Positions 63,356 through 64,000 of a DNA stretch of 64,000 nucleotides are shown here, piece by piece; the stretch's first letter is position 1, and every line of letters starts with the position of its first letter. Both the position numbers and the translations under genes were made by a program. Origin of the DNA: Octopus sinensis (taxonomy: Eukaryota); NCBI RefSeq assembly GCF_006345805.1, contig NC_043002.1:76632001-76696000 (forward strand), written 5' to 3'. Under the pieces are notes generated by a model that was given only the letters and a program-made list of their open reading frames with translations, searched no databases and was not told where the DNA came from.

Positions 63356-64000
63356 TCCTAAATGAAATATTTCAACACTTTCTTTAGCTTTGGCATAACA
63401 CGGCATTTGAACTCTTACTTTTGCTAACTATTTTTTTTTTTGCATATATTTTTTAGTCTTCTCACAAAGCCCATCCCTTTTATATTTTTTCTTGGATTTT
63501 TTTTTTTGTTTTGTTTCTTTTCCCTATTAAGTACAGTCATTTAAGAAGCTTTATTTTTACAACAGTTTAGCTATTTTAGGATGCTATATTTTGTTTCCAC
63601 TTGATATTTTTTGTGTATTACATTGGGAAATCTCCTCTTAACATCAAGTAGCTCTTCCATAACTTTTTTTTTTTTTTTCAGAATTACATGATGCACATAT
63701 ATATATATAATAGTTTTTTTATGTATTTGTAACATTATACATAAATCTTCCCACACACAATTTTCTCTTACTCTCTCTTCTTCCCTCACTTCTTTAAATT
63801 CAAATTGACTTGTATATTGTCAATAAATCCTATATTTAACCAGTTTTAGTAACCTGTGTATGAAAGTGCAAGCATATTTGTGTAAGTAAACCTGCAGAAA
63901 TGTCTAGTAAATAAAAATAACCTATAATGTTTGAATGAACTTTTCTCTTTGAAGTTTAAACCATGAGATAATCCTGTGTTTGATCTATAAGGGTGTGTGC

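Larger units (their letters stand above)
43069..64000 (+). other. gro: groucho intron 3 (>20.9 kb, runs past the window end)
   Basis: The expected next exon (YYEMSYGLNxEMHKQ) with an acceptor was not found by eye between 43069 and 64000. Confidence 0.75.

Overview
AT-rich, microsatellite-dense eukaryotic DNA. The SINE and MITE families resemble those of octopods (Octopus sp.), which is an inference. The one host gene I can support is the 5' end of a groucho/TLE corepressor on the + strand, which the ORF track misses. Three short coding exons (35670-35690, 37388-37485, 43005-43068) splice in frame to [61 protein letters not shown], the Q domain. Exon 4 is not in the window, so intron 3 exceeds 20.9 kb. 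Upstream are two promoter-like modules (about 31.3 kb and 34.3-34.6 kb) and two short uORFs. The first ~30 kb is a repeat field: a decayed DD37D (maT) Tc1/mariner element, an RTE LINE fragment, hAT and piggyBac-like MITEs, several tRNA-derived SINE families, minisatellites, and a very long (TA)n array whose flank looks error-prone. The most unusual signal is three different minimal type-I hammerhead-ribozyme-like motifs (14.15 kb, 20.55 kb inside a 156-bp palindrome, and 20.94 kb). They have the architecture of Penelope-like element/retrozyme ribozymes, but each has 1-2 core substitutions. CpG density drops sharply at about 50.5 kb, consistent with gene-body methylation. Almost all other ORFs in the track are repeat artefacts. 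Repeat boundaries were read by eye and are approximate unless TIR/TSD positions are given.
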